64,000 nucleotides of DNA from Patescibacteria group bacterium (GCA_041662585.1 JBAZSG010000001.1:66381-130380); one strand, 5' to 3'; numbered from the stretch's first letter, positions 1 to 10,646 are shown. Numbers and translations: made by a program. The notes: generated by a model not told the origin, from the letters alone.

Positions 1-1
1 A

Positions 2-499
2 GCCACCAATATCAACTGTGGTATTATCACCGATACCAATGGTTTTACCAATGCGGCCACAAACTACAAATGTCTATACGCTGCTTCTGAAATGATCAAG
101 CAAGGTGCACAAGTATATAGTATTATTAAAAATACTCTCAATAATAACAATGTATCCAATTTACGTATTTGGGGTCGTGCTCTAGAAAGATTGAGAAAAT
201 CTAGTAAGCACGATATTGTCTATACTTGGCTTAGTCAGGCTGATTTTAAAGAGTGTGAGGTAGATGAAAGAGCAACTGAAGGTATAGTCAATTTTTTGCA
301 CATCTTAAAAGATGCTAAAATATTAATGGTCTTGACTGAAATGCCAAATAATACCATCAAAGGCTCACTTCGTACTGTCTATGATATAGATCTTACCAAA
401 TTGGCTGGACTTTTTGGTGGAGGTGGTCACAAAAAAGCAGCTGGCTTCTCCTTGCCAGGTAGACTAGTTTATGATAAAAATAAATTGAAAATAATATAA
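2..499 (+). CDS. DHH/DHHA1-family phosphoesterase (NrnA-like oligoribonuclease/pAp phosphatase), C-terminal part; 5' end lies outside the window
   Basis: The frame is open from the window start. It contains a DTNGF (DHH motif III-like) and a GGGH DHHA1 motif near the C-terminus. Confidence 0.6.
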   Translation, partial: ATNINCGIITDTNGFTNAATNYKCLYAASEMIKQGAQVYSIIKNTLNNNNVSNLRIWGRALERLRKSSKHDIVYTWLSQADFKECEVDERATEGIVNFLHILKDAKILMVLTEMPNNTIKGSLRTVYDIDLTKLAGLFGGGGHKKAAGFSLPGRLVYDKNKLKII

Positions 500-505
500 A
501 AATAT

Positions 506-1078
506 ATGCTTATACCAACTGTGATAGAAAAAGTACCGGGCGGAGAAAGAGCCTACGATATTTATTCTCGTCTGCTAAAAGATAGAATAGTTTTTTTGGG
601 TGATGCTATTGATGATACGGTAGCCAATTTGGTCATTGCTCAATTACTTTTTCTAGATGCTCAAGACAACAAAAAGCCAATAAAGATGTATATCAATTGC
701 CCAGGAGGTTCAGTTACAGATGGCCTAGCCATATATGACACTATGCAACACATCAAAAGTCCAGTTTCTACTATTTGTGTGGGCCTAGCTGCTTCTATGG
801 CGGCTGTACTTTTATCTGGAGGTGAGGCTGGACAAAGATTTGCTCTACCAAATTCAGAAATATTAATTCATCAAGTTATGGGTGGTGCTAGTGGCCAAGC
901 TAGTGATATAAAAATAAAAGCTGAACAAATTTTGAAATTAAAAGATAGATTAAATAAAATACTCCAAGTTCATACTGGTCAAAAAATAAGCAAACTTGAA
1001 AAAGATACTGATCGCGATTATTATATGACAGCTTCTGAGGCACAGGAATATGGAGTTATAGATAAAATTATAAAATAA
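506..1078 (+). CDS. clpP: ATP-dependent Clp protease proteolytic subunit ClpP
   Basis: 190 aa. Catalytic Ser (GLAASMAA), His (ILIHQ) and Asp lie in the conserved ClpP core. There is a typical Gly-rich region. Confidence 0.95.
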   Translation: MLIPTVIEKVPGGERAYDIYSRLLKDRIVFLGDAIDDTVANLVIAQLLFLDAQDNKKPIKMYINCPGGSVTDGLAIYDTMQHIKSPVSTICVGLAASMAAVLLSGGEAGQRFALPNSEILIHQVMGGASGQASDIKIKAEQILKLKDRLNKILQVHTGQKISKLEKDTDRDYYMTASEAQEYGVIDKIIK

Positions 1079-1604
1079 TTTAAAAATTACTTTCCAATAT
1101 TTATAAAATGTGCTAATATATTTTTCAAGGTGAGTATTGGGGTTTTTCAACCCCTCTAAAATCACTCATCTCTAGACCATCAGTGTATAACATCAATTGA
1201 TAGTTGAAAGACTTCAAAAAATGTCATGCAATAAGCTGATGGTCTTTTAGTTATAAAATTAATCACTTTTTCATAAATATTATCCCTATAAATCACGACT
1301 CTGAGGCTCTTGATTTTTAATACGTATTATGTTATTATCAGCTTTGAGGAGAATAATATAGAAAGTCTATAATATAGTAAAAATCCTCAATAAATTTAAT
1401 AAAATTAATTTACTGTTTTGAACTTTTATTGAAGTTTTGTATTAGCCAAGCTATTTCTATTTCAAAATATTTCAAGGCTCATAAGCCAAATGACTATCAA
1501 AAATCAATTTCAAGTTATTCAAATAAACTATCAGCTTAGATAAGTTTTTTGCTTATTTGTCATTTTTCTAAAAGAAAAACAGTAAACTGGAAAGTTTACA
1601 CCTA

Positions 1605-3119
1605 ATGAATCTATTTGAAGTAATTCCCGCACTACTTATTGGTGCGATTATTGGTTTTTTTATAAAAAAACTATTTACTAGTCAAAGGGTAAATTCAGCT
1701 GAAAAAAAAGCTGAAATAATATTAAACAAAGCTAACCAAAAATCTAGTGATGTTCTTTTGGAAGCAAAAGATAAATCACTCAAGATTATTGAAGAAGCCA
1801 AAACCGAAGAAAGAGAACGTCGTAAAAGTCTAGCTGATTTAGAGGCTAGAGTAGCCAATAGAGAAAGTCTTTTTGACAAAAAATTAATGGAGTTGGAAGG
1901 AGATAAACAAGCAGTAGCCAATTCTAAACAACAATTAGAAAAAAATAAAGAAGAAATAAAAGAAATTCGTAAACAACAATTGGAGAAATTGGAAAAGGTT
2001 GCTGCGCTCAGTCAAGAAGAGGCCAAAGATGTTTTGATGAAAAATACTGAGGCTCGTATGAAGGACGAGCTACTCCATCTTATGCGCAAATTAGAAAATC
2101 AAAGCACAGAAGAAATGGAGGCCAAGGCCAAAGAAATCCTCTCTGGAGTAATAGAACGTTGTGCTGCCCCTCATACAGCCGAAACAACCACCACCTCTGT
2201 ATCTCTACCAAACGAAGAAATGAAAGGTAGAATCATTGGACGTGAAGGTAGAAATATAAAAGCTATAGAACAGCTCACTGGTGTAGAAATTATCATTGAT
2301 GATACCCCTGATACCATATTGGTATCAGCATTTAATCCTGTCAGACGTCATCTAGCCAAAAGAACTTTGGATAAATTGATGGTTGATGGCCGTATTCATC
2401 CAGGCAGAATAGAAGAAACTGTGGCTACTGCCAAAAAAGAGTTGGCTATGGATATAAAAAAGGCTGGAGAAGAAGCCGCTTACAAAGCAGGTATAGTGGG
2501 TCTAGATAGCAAACTATTGCAAATTCTTGGTCGTCTAAAATATAGAACTAGCTATGGTCAAAATCAATTACAACATGCTTTGGAAGTATCACATCTAGCT
2601 GGTCTTTTGGCTGCTGAGCTAAAGGCTGATGTCGGTGTTTGTAAAAAAGGTGGTCTTCTTCATGATTTGGGCAAAGCATTAGATCATGAAATAAAAGGGT
2701 CACATCCAGAAATTGGTTATGATCTGATGAAAAAATTTGGCTTACCAGAAGAAGTGGCTTATATGTCTATAGCTCACCATGAAAATCACCCTACTACACT
2801 GGAAGGTGTAATAGTAAAAATAGCTGATGCTATATCAGGCTCACGTCCGGGAGCTCGTCGCGATTCTTTTGAAGAATATATCCAGCGTCTAACTGAGCTC
2901 GAAGATACTGCCAAATCATTTGAAGGAGTAGAAAAAGCTTATGCTATACAAGCTGGTAGAGAAATAAGAGTATTTGTCTCACCAGATAAAATAGATGATT
3001 ATGCTAGTGAAAAATTGGCTAGAGACATAGCTAATAAAATAGAAAATGACCTCAAATACCCAGGCGAAATTAGGGTAACTATTATTAGAGAAAAGAGAAT
3101 AACTGAATATGCAAGATAA
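1605..3119 (+). CDS. rny: Ribonuclease Y (membrane-anchored endoribonuclease)
   Basis: N-terminal TM helix, coiled-coil, KH domain (GRIIGREGRNIKAIE) and HD domain (LLHDLGKA, HHENHP). Confidence 0.95.
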   Translation: MNLFEVIPALLIGAIIGFFIKKLFTSQRVNSAEKKAEIILNKANQKSSDVLLEAKDKSLKIIEEAKTEERERRKSLADLEARVANRESLFDKKLMELEGDKQAVANSKQQLEKNKEEIKEIRKQQLEKLEKVAALSQEEAKDVLMKNTEARMKDELLHLMRKLENQSTEEMEAKAKEILSGVIERCAAPHTAETTTTSVSLPNEEMKGRIIGREGRNIKAIEQLTGVEIIIDDTPDTILVSAFNPVRRHLAKRTLDKLMVDGRIHPGRIEETVATAKKELAMDIKKAGEEAAYKAGIVGLDSKLLQILGRLKYRTSYGQNQLQHALEVSHLAGLLAAELKADVGVCKKGGLLHDLGKALDHEIKGSHPEIGYDLMKKFGLPEEVAYMSIAHHENHPTTLEGVIVKIADAISGSRPGARRDSFEEYIQRLTELEDTAKSFEGVEKAYAIQAGREIRVFVSPDKIDDYASEKLARDIANKIENDLKYPGEIRVTIIREKRITEYAR

Positions 3120-3912
3120 TACTAAAATATTATTTTTTGGGGATATATCTGGAACACTTGGTAGGCAAGCTATCAAAAAAATGTCTCCCCTATGGAAAAA
3201 GAAATATCAAGCTGATATTGTCATTGCTAATGTCGAAAATCTAGCTCACAACAAAGGTATTACTCTCAAAACTATGGCCGAAATAGCTGAGGCTGGTGTT
3301 GAAATATTTACCGGTGGAAATCATATTTGGAAAAAATATGATCTAGATGATATGGCCAAAGAAACCGACTACAAAATAGCTGCTCCAGCCAATGATGATC
3401 GTTGTCCAAAAAAATATTTATACCAACTTACTGAAGTAAATAAAACTAAGCTAGCGGTGATAAATCTCAATGGTCAAACTTTTATGGATAATGAGACTAC
3501 ACTAAGTAATCCTTTTAAAAAAATTGATAGTCTGCTGAAGAAAATACCCAAAAATACAAATATCATAATAGATATGCATGCTGAAGCTACTAGTGACAAA
3601 AGAGCTTTGGGCTTATATCTAGATGGCCGAGTATCAGCAGTACTGGGAACTCATACTCATATTCCTACAGCTGATGCACAAATATTAGAGAAAGGTACTG
3701 GTTATTTGACTGATATTGGTATGGTAGGAGCTTATCCATCAGTACTTGGCGTCAGTAAAGAAATCATTATTGAAAAATTTTTAACTGAAACCAAAATCAG
3801 ACATGATTTACCAACAACTGGTCAAATTGAAGTAAATGCAGTATTATTAGAAATAGATAATAATACTCATAAGACTATCACCATAAAGTTACTTAGAGAA
3901 ATAATTAATTAA
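3109..3912 (+). CDS. ymdB: YmdB-family metallophosphoesterase (2',3'-cNMP phosphodiesterase)
   Basis: Overlaps the rny stop by 11 nt, matching the conserved rny-ymdB pair. Contains the GDISG, GNH and HTH metallophosphoesterase motifs. Confidence 0.85.
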   Translation: MQDNTKILFFGDISGTLGRQAIKKMSPLWKKKYQADIVIANVENLAHNKGITLKTMAEIAEAGVEIFTGGNHIWKKYDLDDMAKETDYKIAAPANDDRCPKKYLYQLTEVNKTKLAVINLNGQTFMDNETTLSNPFKKIDSLLKKIPKNTNIIIDMHAEATSDKRALGLYLDGRVSAVLGTHTHIPTADAQILEKGTGYLTDIGMVGAYPSVLGVSKEIIIEKFLTETKIRHDLPTTGQIEVNAVLLEIDNNTHKTITIKLLREIIN

Positions 3913-3919
3913 CATAACT

Positions 3920-4198
3920 ATGAACAAAGCTCAGCTCATAGAAACAGTCGCTATCAAGGCTGGTATCAGCAAAAAAGAGACTGAGGATGTCATCCAAGCC
4001 TTTGAAGACTTGGTAATCGAAAGATTAAGGGGAGGAAAAGAAGTAACCTTGACTGGTTTTGGTACTTTTTCAGCTAGAGAAAGACACGCTCGCATGGGTG
4101 TCAATCCTAGAAATCCAAAAGAACGGATTGAAATACCTAAGGTAGTAGTACCAAAATTTAAAGCTGGTAAAACTCTAAAAGACTCTCTAAAAAAATAA
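3920..4198 (+). CDS. hup: DNA-binding protein HU
   Basis: 92 aa, HU/IHF fold, GFGTFSARERHARMGVNPRNPKE arm motif. Confidence 0.9.
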   Translation: MNKAQLIETVAIKAGISKKETEDVIQAFEDLVIERLRGGKEVTLTGFGTFSARERHARMGVNPRNPKERIEIPKVVVPKFKAGKTLKDSLKK

Positions 4199-4204
4199 GT
4201 CCTC

Positions 4205-4870
4205 ATGGAACTAAAATTGCAAGATATAAAAAAAGATCAGCGGATCAATTCTTTTATAGACCAAACGGATAAATATCTCCGTTCTTTAGGTTATACAGAT
4301 CATGGTCGTCGTCATTTGGATATTGTCAGTGATCGTTCAAAAATGATAGCCAGTAAACTTGGCCTCAATGCCACCGATCAAGAAATAGCTGCCATAGCTG
4401 GTTGGTGTCATGATATGGGAAATTTTTTGGGTCGTACTCAACATCATTATTGGGGAGGATTATTATTTTCTCAATGCTATATAAACCAAGCTAATCCTAT
4501 CCAAGTAGCTAGAATAATCCAAGCCATAGTTTCTCATGATAAAGATGAATTAAAAATAGTAGATAAAATCACAGCTTGCCTAATTATAGCTGACAAGTCT
4601 GACGTTCATCGCAATAGAGTCATAACAAAAAATATAAAAGAAATAAAAGCTGATATCCATGATAGAGTAAACTACGCTGTAACTGATAATAATCTTAAAA
4701 TGGATAAACAAAAAAAGACTATTACCTTGTCTTTGACTCTAGATACAAAATTTACTAATATTATGGATTATTTTTCCATTTTTGTAGAACGCATGAACTA
4801 CTGTCAAAAGGCCGCTGAATATTTGCAATATGATTTTAACCTACAAATAAACAATGTCAAATTTGCTTAA
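4205..4870 (+). CDS. HD-domain phosphohydrolase
   Basis: HGRRHLDIV and CHDMGN HD motifs. Confidence 0.6.
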   Translation: MELKLQDIKKDQRINSFIDQTDKYLRSLGYTDHGRRHLDIVSDRSKMIASKLGLNATDQEIAAIAGWCHDMGNFLGRTQHHYWGGLLFSQCYINQANPIQVARIIQAIVSHDKDELKIVDKITACLIIADKSDVHRNRVITKNIKEIKADIHDRVNYAVTDNNLKMDKQKKTITLSLTLDTKFTNIMDYFSIFVERMNYCQKAAEYLQYDFNLQINNVKFA

Positions 4871-5685
4871 TTTTCCAACAAAATCAAAGCATTCTTAGGC
4901 CCTACAGTCAGGGCTTTTTCTTTATCCCAATCAGCAATAGCCTCCATCAGATTTGTTTCTGTATAGACAAAATCAGCGCCATTTCTAGTACCAGGGTCAT
5001 TGGTGATGAATTTGTCATCTACAAAGCCTTTGATAACTAGCATATGATACTTTGGACCATCACCAGTAAAATTGGGATTTATCAATATATGCCCATTGGC
5101 TGGTACTATTACTGGAAAACCTTCTCGTAAAAGATTTCTTATCTTGGTGGCTGTCAAATTTGGTATCACACTTACATTATAGCCAAAATATCCTTTGGCC
5201 AATTGTCCTGTCTCCTCTATTGTAATATCATAATTGCCTTCCATAAATTTTTCTTGCCAAGCAACCATATCAATAAAAATATTTTCAACTGCCTCTTTGC
5301 TAGGCATGTTTTTATTTTGATAATAATAATCAACCATCAACAAACTGGCTTCTTCACAAGCATCTTGAAAAGGCTGATCCCAATTGGCCGTTGGTGCCTG
5401 TGATGTAAAAGGTACAGCCAGGTTAATACTATTAATTTCTGGTTTTACTGGTATCACCGGTACTTCTGGGACAGGTACCTCTACTTCTTCTTGGGGTAAT
5501 ATTTCATCCTCTTTAATAATCTCTTCCATAAACAAATCTACATCAATATTTTTATCTACAAACTCTTGATGTTCTTTGGCAATCGGCATATCTACTTTTA
5601 TGCTACGAGGATGTCTGACCTCGTATATTTTCCATACCCCAGATAAAATAACAATTATTATAATAACAAAAATATATTTTTTCAT
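4867..5685 (-). CDS. Membrane-anchored secreted protein, possible papain-like (peptidase C39-like) domain
   Basis: N-terminal TM segment, Pro/Glu linker, Q...C..S..M..YYY pattern (QDACEEASLLMVDYYY). Confidence 0.4.
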   Translation of the reverse strand: MKKYIFVIIIIVILSGVWKIYEVRHPRSIKVDMPIAKEHQEFVDKNIDVDLFMEEIIKEDEILPQEEVEVPVPEVPVIPVKPEINSINLAVPFTSQAPTANWDQPFQDACEEASLLMVDYYYQNKNMPSKEAVENIFIDMVAWQEKFMEGNYDITIEETGQLAKGYFGYNVSVIPNLTATKIRNLLREGFPVIVPANGHILINPNFTGDGPKYHMLVIKGFVDDKFITNDPGTRNGADFVYTETNLMEAIADWDKEKALTVGPKNALILLEN

Positions 5686-5774
5686 GCTAATATATTATCA
5701 TAAATATCTATAATTGACCAAAAAAAAGAAAAGGATCAACAAATTGTTGATCCCGATATCTATGTTCTAGCAAG

Positions 5775-5960
5775 CTAATTAAAGCCCGCTGGAAAGTCTG
5801 TGGGTATGCCCGTATTGGCTAATTGATTTGTAGCTTCATTCATAAATGAAAGAAGTGTAGTGAGAATCTGTATCGCTAGATCAAAGAGCTCTGGGGCAAA
5901 TATCTTGAACAATATAAGCAGAAAAATGATATTAAAGAATCCGTAGATTGCTTTAAACAT
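5775..5960 (-). CDS. Small hydrophobic protein (61 aa)
   Basis: ORF followed on the minus strand by a 10-bp hairpin (ggatcaacaa/ttgttgatcc, 5730-5757) plus a T-run. No clear SD. Confidence 0.3.
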   Translation of the reverse strand: MFKAIYGFFNIIFLLILFKIFAPELFDLAIQILTTLLSFMNEATNQLANTGIPTDFPAGFN

Positions 5961-6173
5961 ATGTTTTTACTTAATTGCAAAGCCTAGGGAGAATACTCTA
6001 TTTGGGATATTCGACACATCCCTAGACATATGTTGTCCAAGAAATTCTCTTTAGGACACTAGGTAAGATTGTTCCCACCCAAAGTCCTAAAGAGAATTTT
6101 TATTTAATGAACTGCTCACACTTTTCTTATATCACGTAAAACAGCTATAGTCAATACTCCTATACAAAACTAT

Positions 6174-7688
6174 TTAATCAAAAATTTTAGCTCTATATTG
6201 CAAAGCCTCTAGTATGTGTTTATCAGCTATATTATCTCTATCCTCTAAATCAGCTATTGTTCTAGCTACTTTTAAGATTTTAAAATATGCCCGTGCTGAA
6301 AGATTAAGATTTTTACTGGCCTGAGACAATATAGCACTACCAGAATCTGAGACAGCACATATTTTGCGTATTAATTTGTTATCTATATCATCATTTAAAT
6401 TAAAATTATAACTTTGAAATCTCTGCCTTTGAATTTGCCGAGCTCTTGCTATACGACTAGCGATTTGAGCAGAAGATTCTAAAGTAAAATTATTGGCTAT
6501 CAAATCATGATTATCAACTTTGTCCAACAAAAGATGCAAATCTATTCTATCCAATACTGGACCAGACAATCTTTTTTGATAATTTTTAATATCATTACTA
6601 CTACACTGACAGACCCTGTCTTTATCCGTCAAAAAACCACAAGGACAAGGATTGGCTGTAGCGAGTAATATAAAATTGGCCGGAAAGTTTAAACTGCCTT
6701 TTACTCTAGAAACTGTAATTACTTTATCTTCTAAAGGCTGTCTTAAAGCTTCTAGTACTTGCCGCGGAAATTCTAATATTTCATCCAAAAACAAAACATT
6801 GTTGTGAGCCAAAGAAATCTCTCCTGGTTTTGGCCAAGAACCTCCACCAATAATAGATGACACTGAGGCACTGTGGTGAGGACTTCTGACAATACGATTA
6901 TCTATGATGGGTTTATCTTCCGATAACAACCCAGCTAAGCTATAAATTTTACTAGTTTCTAATGCTTCTTGTGATGTAACCTCTGGTAAAATAGATAAGA
7001 AAGCTTTGGCCAAAAGTGTTTTACCAGCCCCTGGTGGTCCAACCATCAAGACATTGTGTCCACCAGCCGCTGCAATTTCTAAAACTCGCTTGGCCTGAGC
7101 CTGCCCTTTAATATCAGCCATATCTACTAAATTATTCGTCTTGCTAGCTACAAAATTACCAAATACAACGGGCTTTATTGTTGTTTTATTGGATAGATGT
7201 TCTGCTAATTCAAATAAATTTTTCACTGGAAAAACATTGATACCTTCTACTACTGAAGCTTCTTTTGTACTAGTGGCTGGTAAAAATACTTTTTTAAAAC
7301 CCATTTCTTTTAGACTAGCCACCATCACCAATACTCCTGGTATAGCTTTGAGATCTCCATTTAGAGATAATTCCCCAATAAAAGCCGCATCATGCTCTAC
7401 TTCTTTCAAATCTCCATTGGCTACCAATATAGCGATAGCAATTGGTAAATCATAAGCTCCTCCTTCTTTTCGGATTTGAGCTGGAGCCAAATTGATAACT
7501 ACTTTTTGCCTAGGAAAAGAAAAACCACTATTTTCAATAGCTGCCCAAACTCTTTCTTTGGCTTCAGAGACTGCTGCATCTGGTAAACCAACTATAATAA
7601 TTTTGGGCAAATGCCTACTTAAATTAGCTTCTAACTCTACCAAAACACCATTTAGTCCATATGGTGCGATGCTATAAATTTTTTTCAT
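6174..7688 (-). CDS. comM: Mg-chelatase-like AAA+ ATPase ComM/YifB
   Basis: ChlI N-terminal domain, Walker A GPPGAGKT, C-terminal Mg_chelatase_C. Start placed at the internal Met (MKKIYSIAPYG). The upstream 34 codons of the ORF track are probably not translated. Confidence 0.85.
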   Translation of the reverse strand: MKKIYSIAPYGLNGVLVELEANLSRHLPKIIIVGLPDAAVSEAKERVWAAIENSGFSFPRQKVVINLAPAQIRKEGGAYDLPIAIAILVANGDLKEVEHDAAFIGELSLNGDLKAIPGVLVMVASLKEMGFKKVFLPATSTKEASVVEGINVFPVKNLFELAEHLSNKTTIKPVVFGNFVASKTNNLVDMADIKGQAQAKRVLEIAAAGGHNVLMVGPPGAGKTLLAKAFLSILPEVTSQEALETSKIYSLAGLLSEDKPIIDNRIVRSPHHSASVSSIIGGGSWPKPGEISLAHNNVLFLDEILEFPRQVLEALRQPLEDKVITVSRVKGSLNFPANFILLATANPCPCGFLTDKDRVCQCSSNDIKNYQKRLSGPVLDRIDLHLLLDKVDNHDLIANNFTLESSAQIASRIARARQIQRQRFQSYNFNLNDDIDNKLIRKICAVSDSGSAILSQASKNLNLSARAYFKILKVARTIADLEDRDNIADKHILEALQYRAKIFD

Positions 7689-7833
7689 ATAAAATAAAAT
7701 CACTTTTCTACCCGAGAAAAGCGATTTAAAAGCTGTCTTGATTTGAGCCCCCGCTAAAATCAAAACAAAAACTAACCTATGCCGTCCCAAAAAGGACTGC
7801 TCTACAAAACCGCTTTTCTCGGTTGATGATATC

Positions 7834-8277
7834 TTAGTCTTGTCTCAAATTTTTGTCAATAGTTTTTTTATAAAGCCACTCATACCATAATAGCCAAACC
7901 ACTCCTATAGATATATAAATGTCTGATAAATTAAATATAGTAAAATATTTTATGTTTATAAAATCTATCACTCCTCCATATTGTATTCTATCCAACAAAT
8001 TGGAAACAGCCCCAATAATTACCAAACCCCAAGGCCAAATCAAAATATTTTTTTTCTGCCAATCTCTTTTCCAAAACCAAAACAATACTAGTAATATTAA
8101 TATTATAATTGGATAAAGTACCAAATAGGTCATGGGCAAAGAAAAGGCTATAGCTTGATTGATATGTAAATCAAAAAAACCACCCCAAAATTCTGAAGAT
8201 GGATTTTTTAAAGCATAGATTTTGGTAAATCTATCTAAAATAAATAATATTAAAACACTAACAAAATATTTGGACAT
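7834..8277 (-). CDS. lspA: Lipoprotein signal peptidase (signal peptidase II)
   Basis: Four TM segments, LDRxTK-like and FNLSD (FNxAD) motifs. Confidence 0.85.
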   Translation of the reverse strand: MSKYFVSVLILFILDRFTKIYALKNPSSEFWGGFFDLHINQAIAFSLPMTYLVLYPIIILILLVLFWFWKRDWQKKNILIWPWGLVIIGAVSNLLDRIQYGGVIDFINIKYFTIFNLSDIYISIGVVWLLWYEWLYKKTIDKNLRQD

Positions 8278-8637
8278 TTACAATGATTTTTCCTTGCATT
8301 TCATACAAGATGTGGCTGAAGGAAAGGCTTTTAAACGATCGGGATTGATGGGGCCACCACATTTTTCACAAATACCATACTTGCCTTCTTCAATTTTTTT
8401 CAAAGCTTTATTGGCATTATAAAGAGAAATTTCTAAGGTTTTCTCCATAGATAAATTTTTTTCAAACATAGCTACTTCAGCAGCATTTTCATCATCTTTA
8501 TCTCCCAAATCAACAAATTTGGCATCATAATCATTTTCTGCTACCTGATCAGTTGAACTCGCCAATTCTTTTTTTAATTCATCTCTTCTAGCCTCTAAGT
8601 CTGCTTTTATTTCTTCAATAAATTTTGTATTCATTTT
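8278..8637 (-). CDS. DksA/TraR-family C4 zinc-finger protein
   Basis: Coiled-coil followed by CEKCGGPI...SCMKCK. Start taken at the internal Met (MKMNTKF). Confidence 0.65.
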   Translation of the reverse strand, partial: KMNTKFIEEIKADLEARRDELKKELASSTDQVAENDYDAKFVDLGDKDDENAAEVAMFEKNLSMEKTLEISLYNANKALKKIEEGKYGICEKCGGPINPDRLKAFPSATSCMKCKEKSL

Positions 8638-9297
8638 CATAAATTTGTTTTTAAAACCTTGTCTAAAATACCTATACATACTAGCAAAAAACCCCCAATA
8701 AATCAAGATACTGGAGCAAATAAAAAAGACGTACTTCTGTGGCACGCAAGTTTTGTTTTGTTGCTAGTGGGTACGCCTTTTGGCGTTTTGATAAAATAAT
8801 TTGTGTTAACTTTTTTTAAGTTAAAATTGGTGACAAATATTGTTTTGTCAAAACGTTATTTTGATTCCCATCTTGATTTAGGGATGCTCATTTTACCATT
8901 CTATGGCACTGAGCTCCTCATATAGGAGAGAACTAGGCATTAAAAATTAACGCTCAATTCTCTCCTATAGAAAGGCTAGTCCTTTTTATTTTTTGTTTTT
9001 GTTTTACTAAGTGGAAATGATCAAGGCATTTCCCATTTTTTTGATAAAACAGTAAAATGAAAAGGGTTAAATACTAGTATTTAAACTAATATGCAATCCT
9101 TTTGAAAATTTATGTCATAGAACTACTTATCAACATATTAAGTATATCATATAATAAGCCTTCTGTCAATGCAATATATTAGCTAATATTAGATAAAAAA
9201 AGAATATATTTAAATCATTCTTTTCTTTTATGTCAAATTATATTCTAATATGTTAACAACTTATCCACACCGTACTAATTCACTCAGGAGAATAACT

Positions 9298-10611
9298 TTA
9301 AAAACAAATATTTAGCCCCGAAATAGTACCAGTAGCATAAGAAAGCATTTTCAATTCTTCTATATTTTCACTACTTAGATAATCTTTAATTTGACCATCT
9401 ACCAGCTTGCTATTCCTCAAATACACCAAATCTCCTATTTTAGCATCTATATTGCCTAGGCAATCCTGTAAAAAATCACCCAAATAGTAATTATAAGACG
9501 TTAATTCTGCTATTAATGCTTGTTTGTTGGATAAATAATGTTTGTCTCCAATATCCCAAATAAACAAATCATCAATTTGTAATATTTTTTGACCATTAAT
9601 TTGATGTTCTATAACGTTTTGTTGCTCGGCAGCCACTAATTCGGTATAAGCTGTACCATCAGACAAAACTCGAGACACTTCTTCTAGAGAAAGAGTGTTT
9701 ATAAAATCCAAAATATTATCTTGCCAGCTCTTATCACTAGCCAAAATCCAGCCATCATCTTTTTGCCAGACTATAGCATCCTGCAAAACTCTATCTTTTA
9801 TAACCTGTTTATCTAAATTATAATATGGCAAAGAGTCAAACAATGATTTTAACAAACTATCTATAATTTCTTCACTTAGATTGTCTGCCAATTGACTATT
9901 GAAAGCAAAAACAAAATCAAATTCTTTTGGCATTAAAAATTCTTTTATATTTTTAATCTCTGAGGTTCTCTCTTCTAGTAAACTAAGCTTATTTTTTCCT
10001 TTAGCTAAGGTTTGCCAATTGACTAATACTCTATTTCCAACAAAAGCTGGCTCTACAATATCTATCAAATCACTCAAAAAACTTGGAGCTTGGCCTTTGT
10101 GCCAATAAATACTGACTCCGGTGTCAAAATATTCAATTTGTTCTGGCCTGGCTTCCAAATAATCAATTACTTTTCCTCTATTGATAAGCAAAATGTTCTT
10201 TTCTGGACTATAGGCCCTAAAATCCAAATTTTTGTTGGTCATTCCCATCAAAAATGACTTTGGTAATCTAGAAAATTTTAATAAATAATTATCATTGGCT
10301 GGATTGGCATCAGTTTGAAACCAAATTATTTCTTGTAAGTTCAAAAAATTGCCTTCTAATATATTTTCCAATTCTACAATCCGTTCTTGAGCGATATTTT
10401 TATTAAATACTTGATCAGCAAAGACTTTTTTACTAGTAAAATGATAATAAAAAGAAACATCGTCTGGTAAATAACTAATTAACTTCTGTTTTTCGTCGTT
10501 TGGCCAAAAAACTAGCAAAGACATTATCAAAATAACCAAAACAACAGTAGCAACAATTATTTTGTTGTCTGTTTTGTGATCTTTTTTTTGTACTAGTTTT
10601 AGAAAATCCAC
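9298..10611 (-). CDS. Hypothetical membrane-anchored protein (437 aa)
   Basis: Long ORF with an N-terminal TM helix. No recognisable domain. Confidence 0.55.
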   Translation of the reverse strand: MDFLKLVQKKDHKTDNKIIVATVVLVILIMSLLVFWPNDEKQKLISYLPDDVSFYYHFTSKKVFADQVFNKNIAQERIVELENILEGNFLNLQEIIWFQTDANPANDNYLLKFSRLPKSFLMGMTNKNLDFRAYSPEKNILLINRGKVIDYLEARPEQIEYFDTGVSIYWHKGQAPSFLSDLIDIVEPAFVGNRVLVNWQTLAKGKNKLSLLEERTSEIKNIKEFLMPKEFDFVFAFNSQLADNLSEEIIDSLLKSLFDSLPYYNLDKQVIKDRVLQDAIVWQKDDGWILASDKSWQDNILDFINTLSLEEVSRVLSDGTAYTELVAAEQQNVIEHQINGQKILQIDDLFIWDIGDKHYLSNKQALIAELTSYNYYLGDFLQDCLGNIDAKIGDLVYLRNSKLVDGQIKDYLSSENIEELKMLSYATGTISGLNICF

Positions 10612-10646
10612 AGAATAATTTTATTTATCTTCTAAATACTAAAAAA

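Noticed and set aside
7141-7455. 104-aa plus-strand ORF
   Set aside because: Antisense inside comM.
7689-7790. 34-codon N-terminal extension of the comM ORF in the track
   Set aside because: No RBS. The conserved ChlI domain begins at the internal Met, and the extension is hydrophobic junk.
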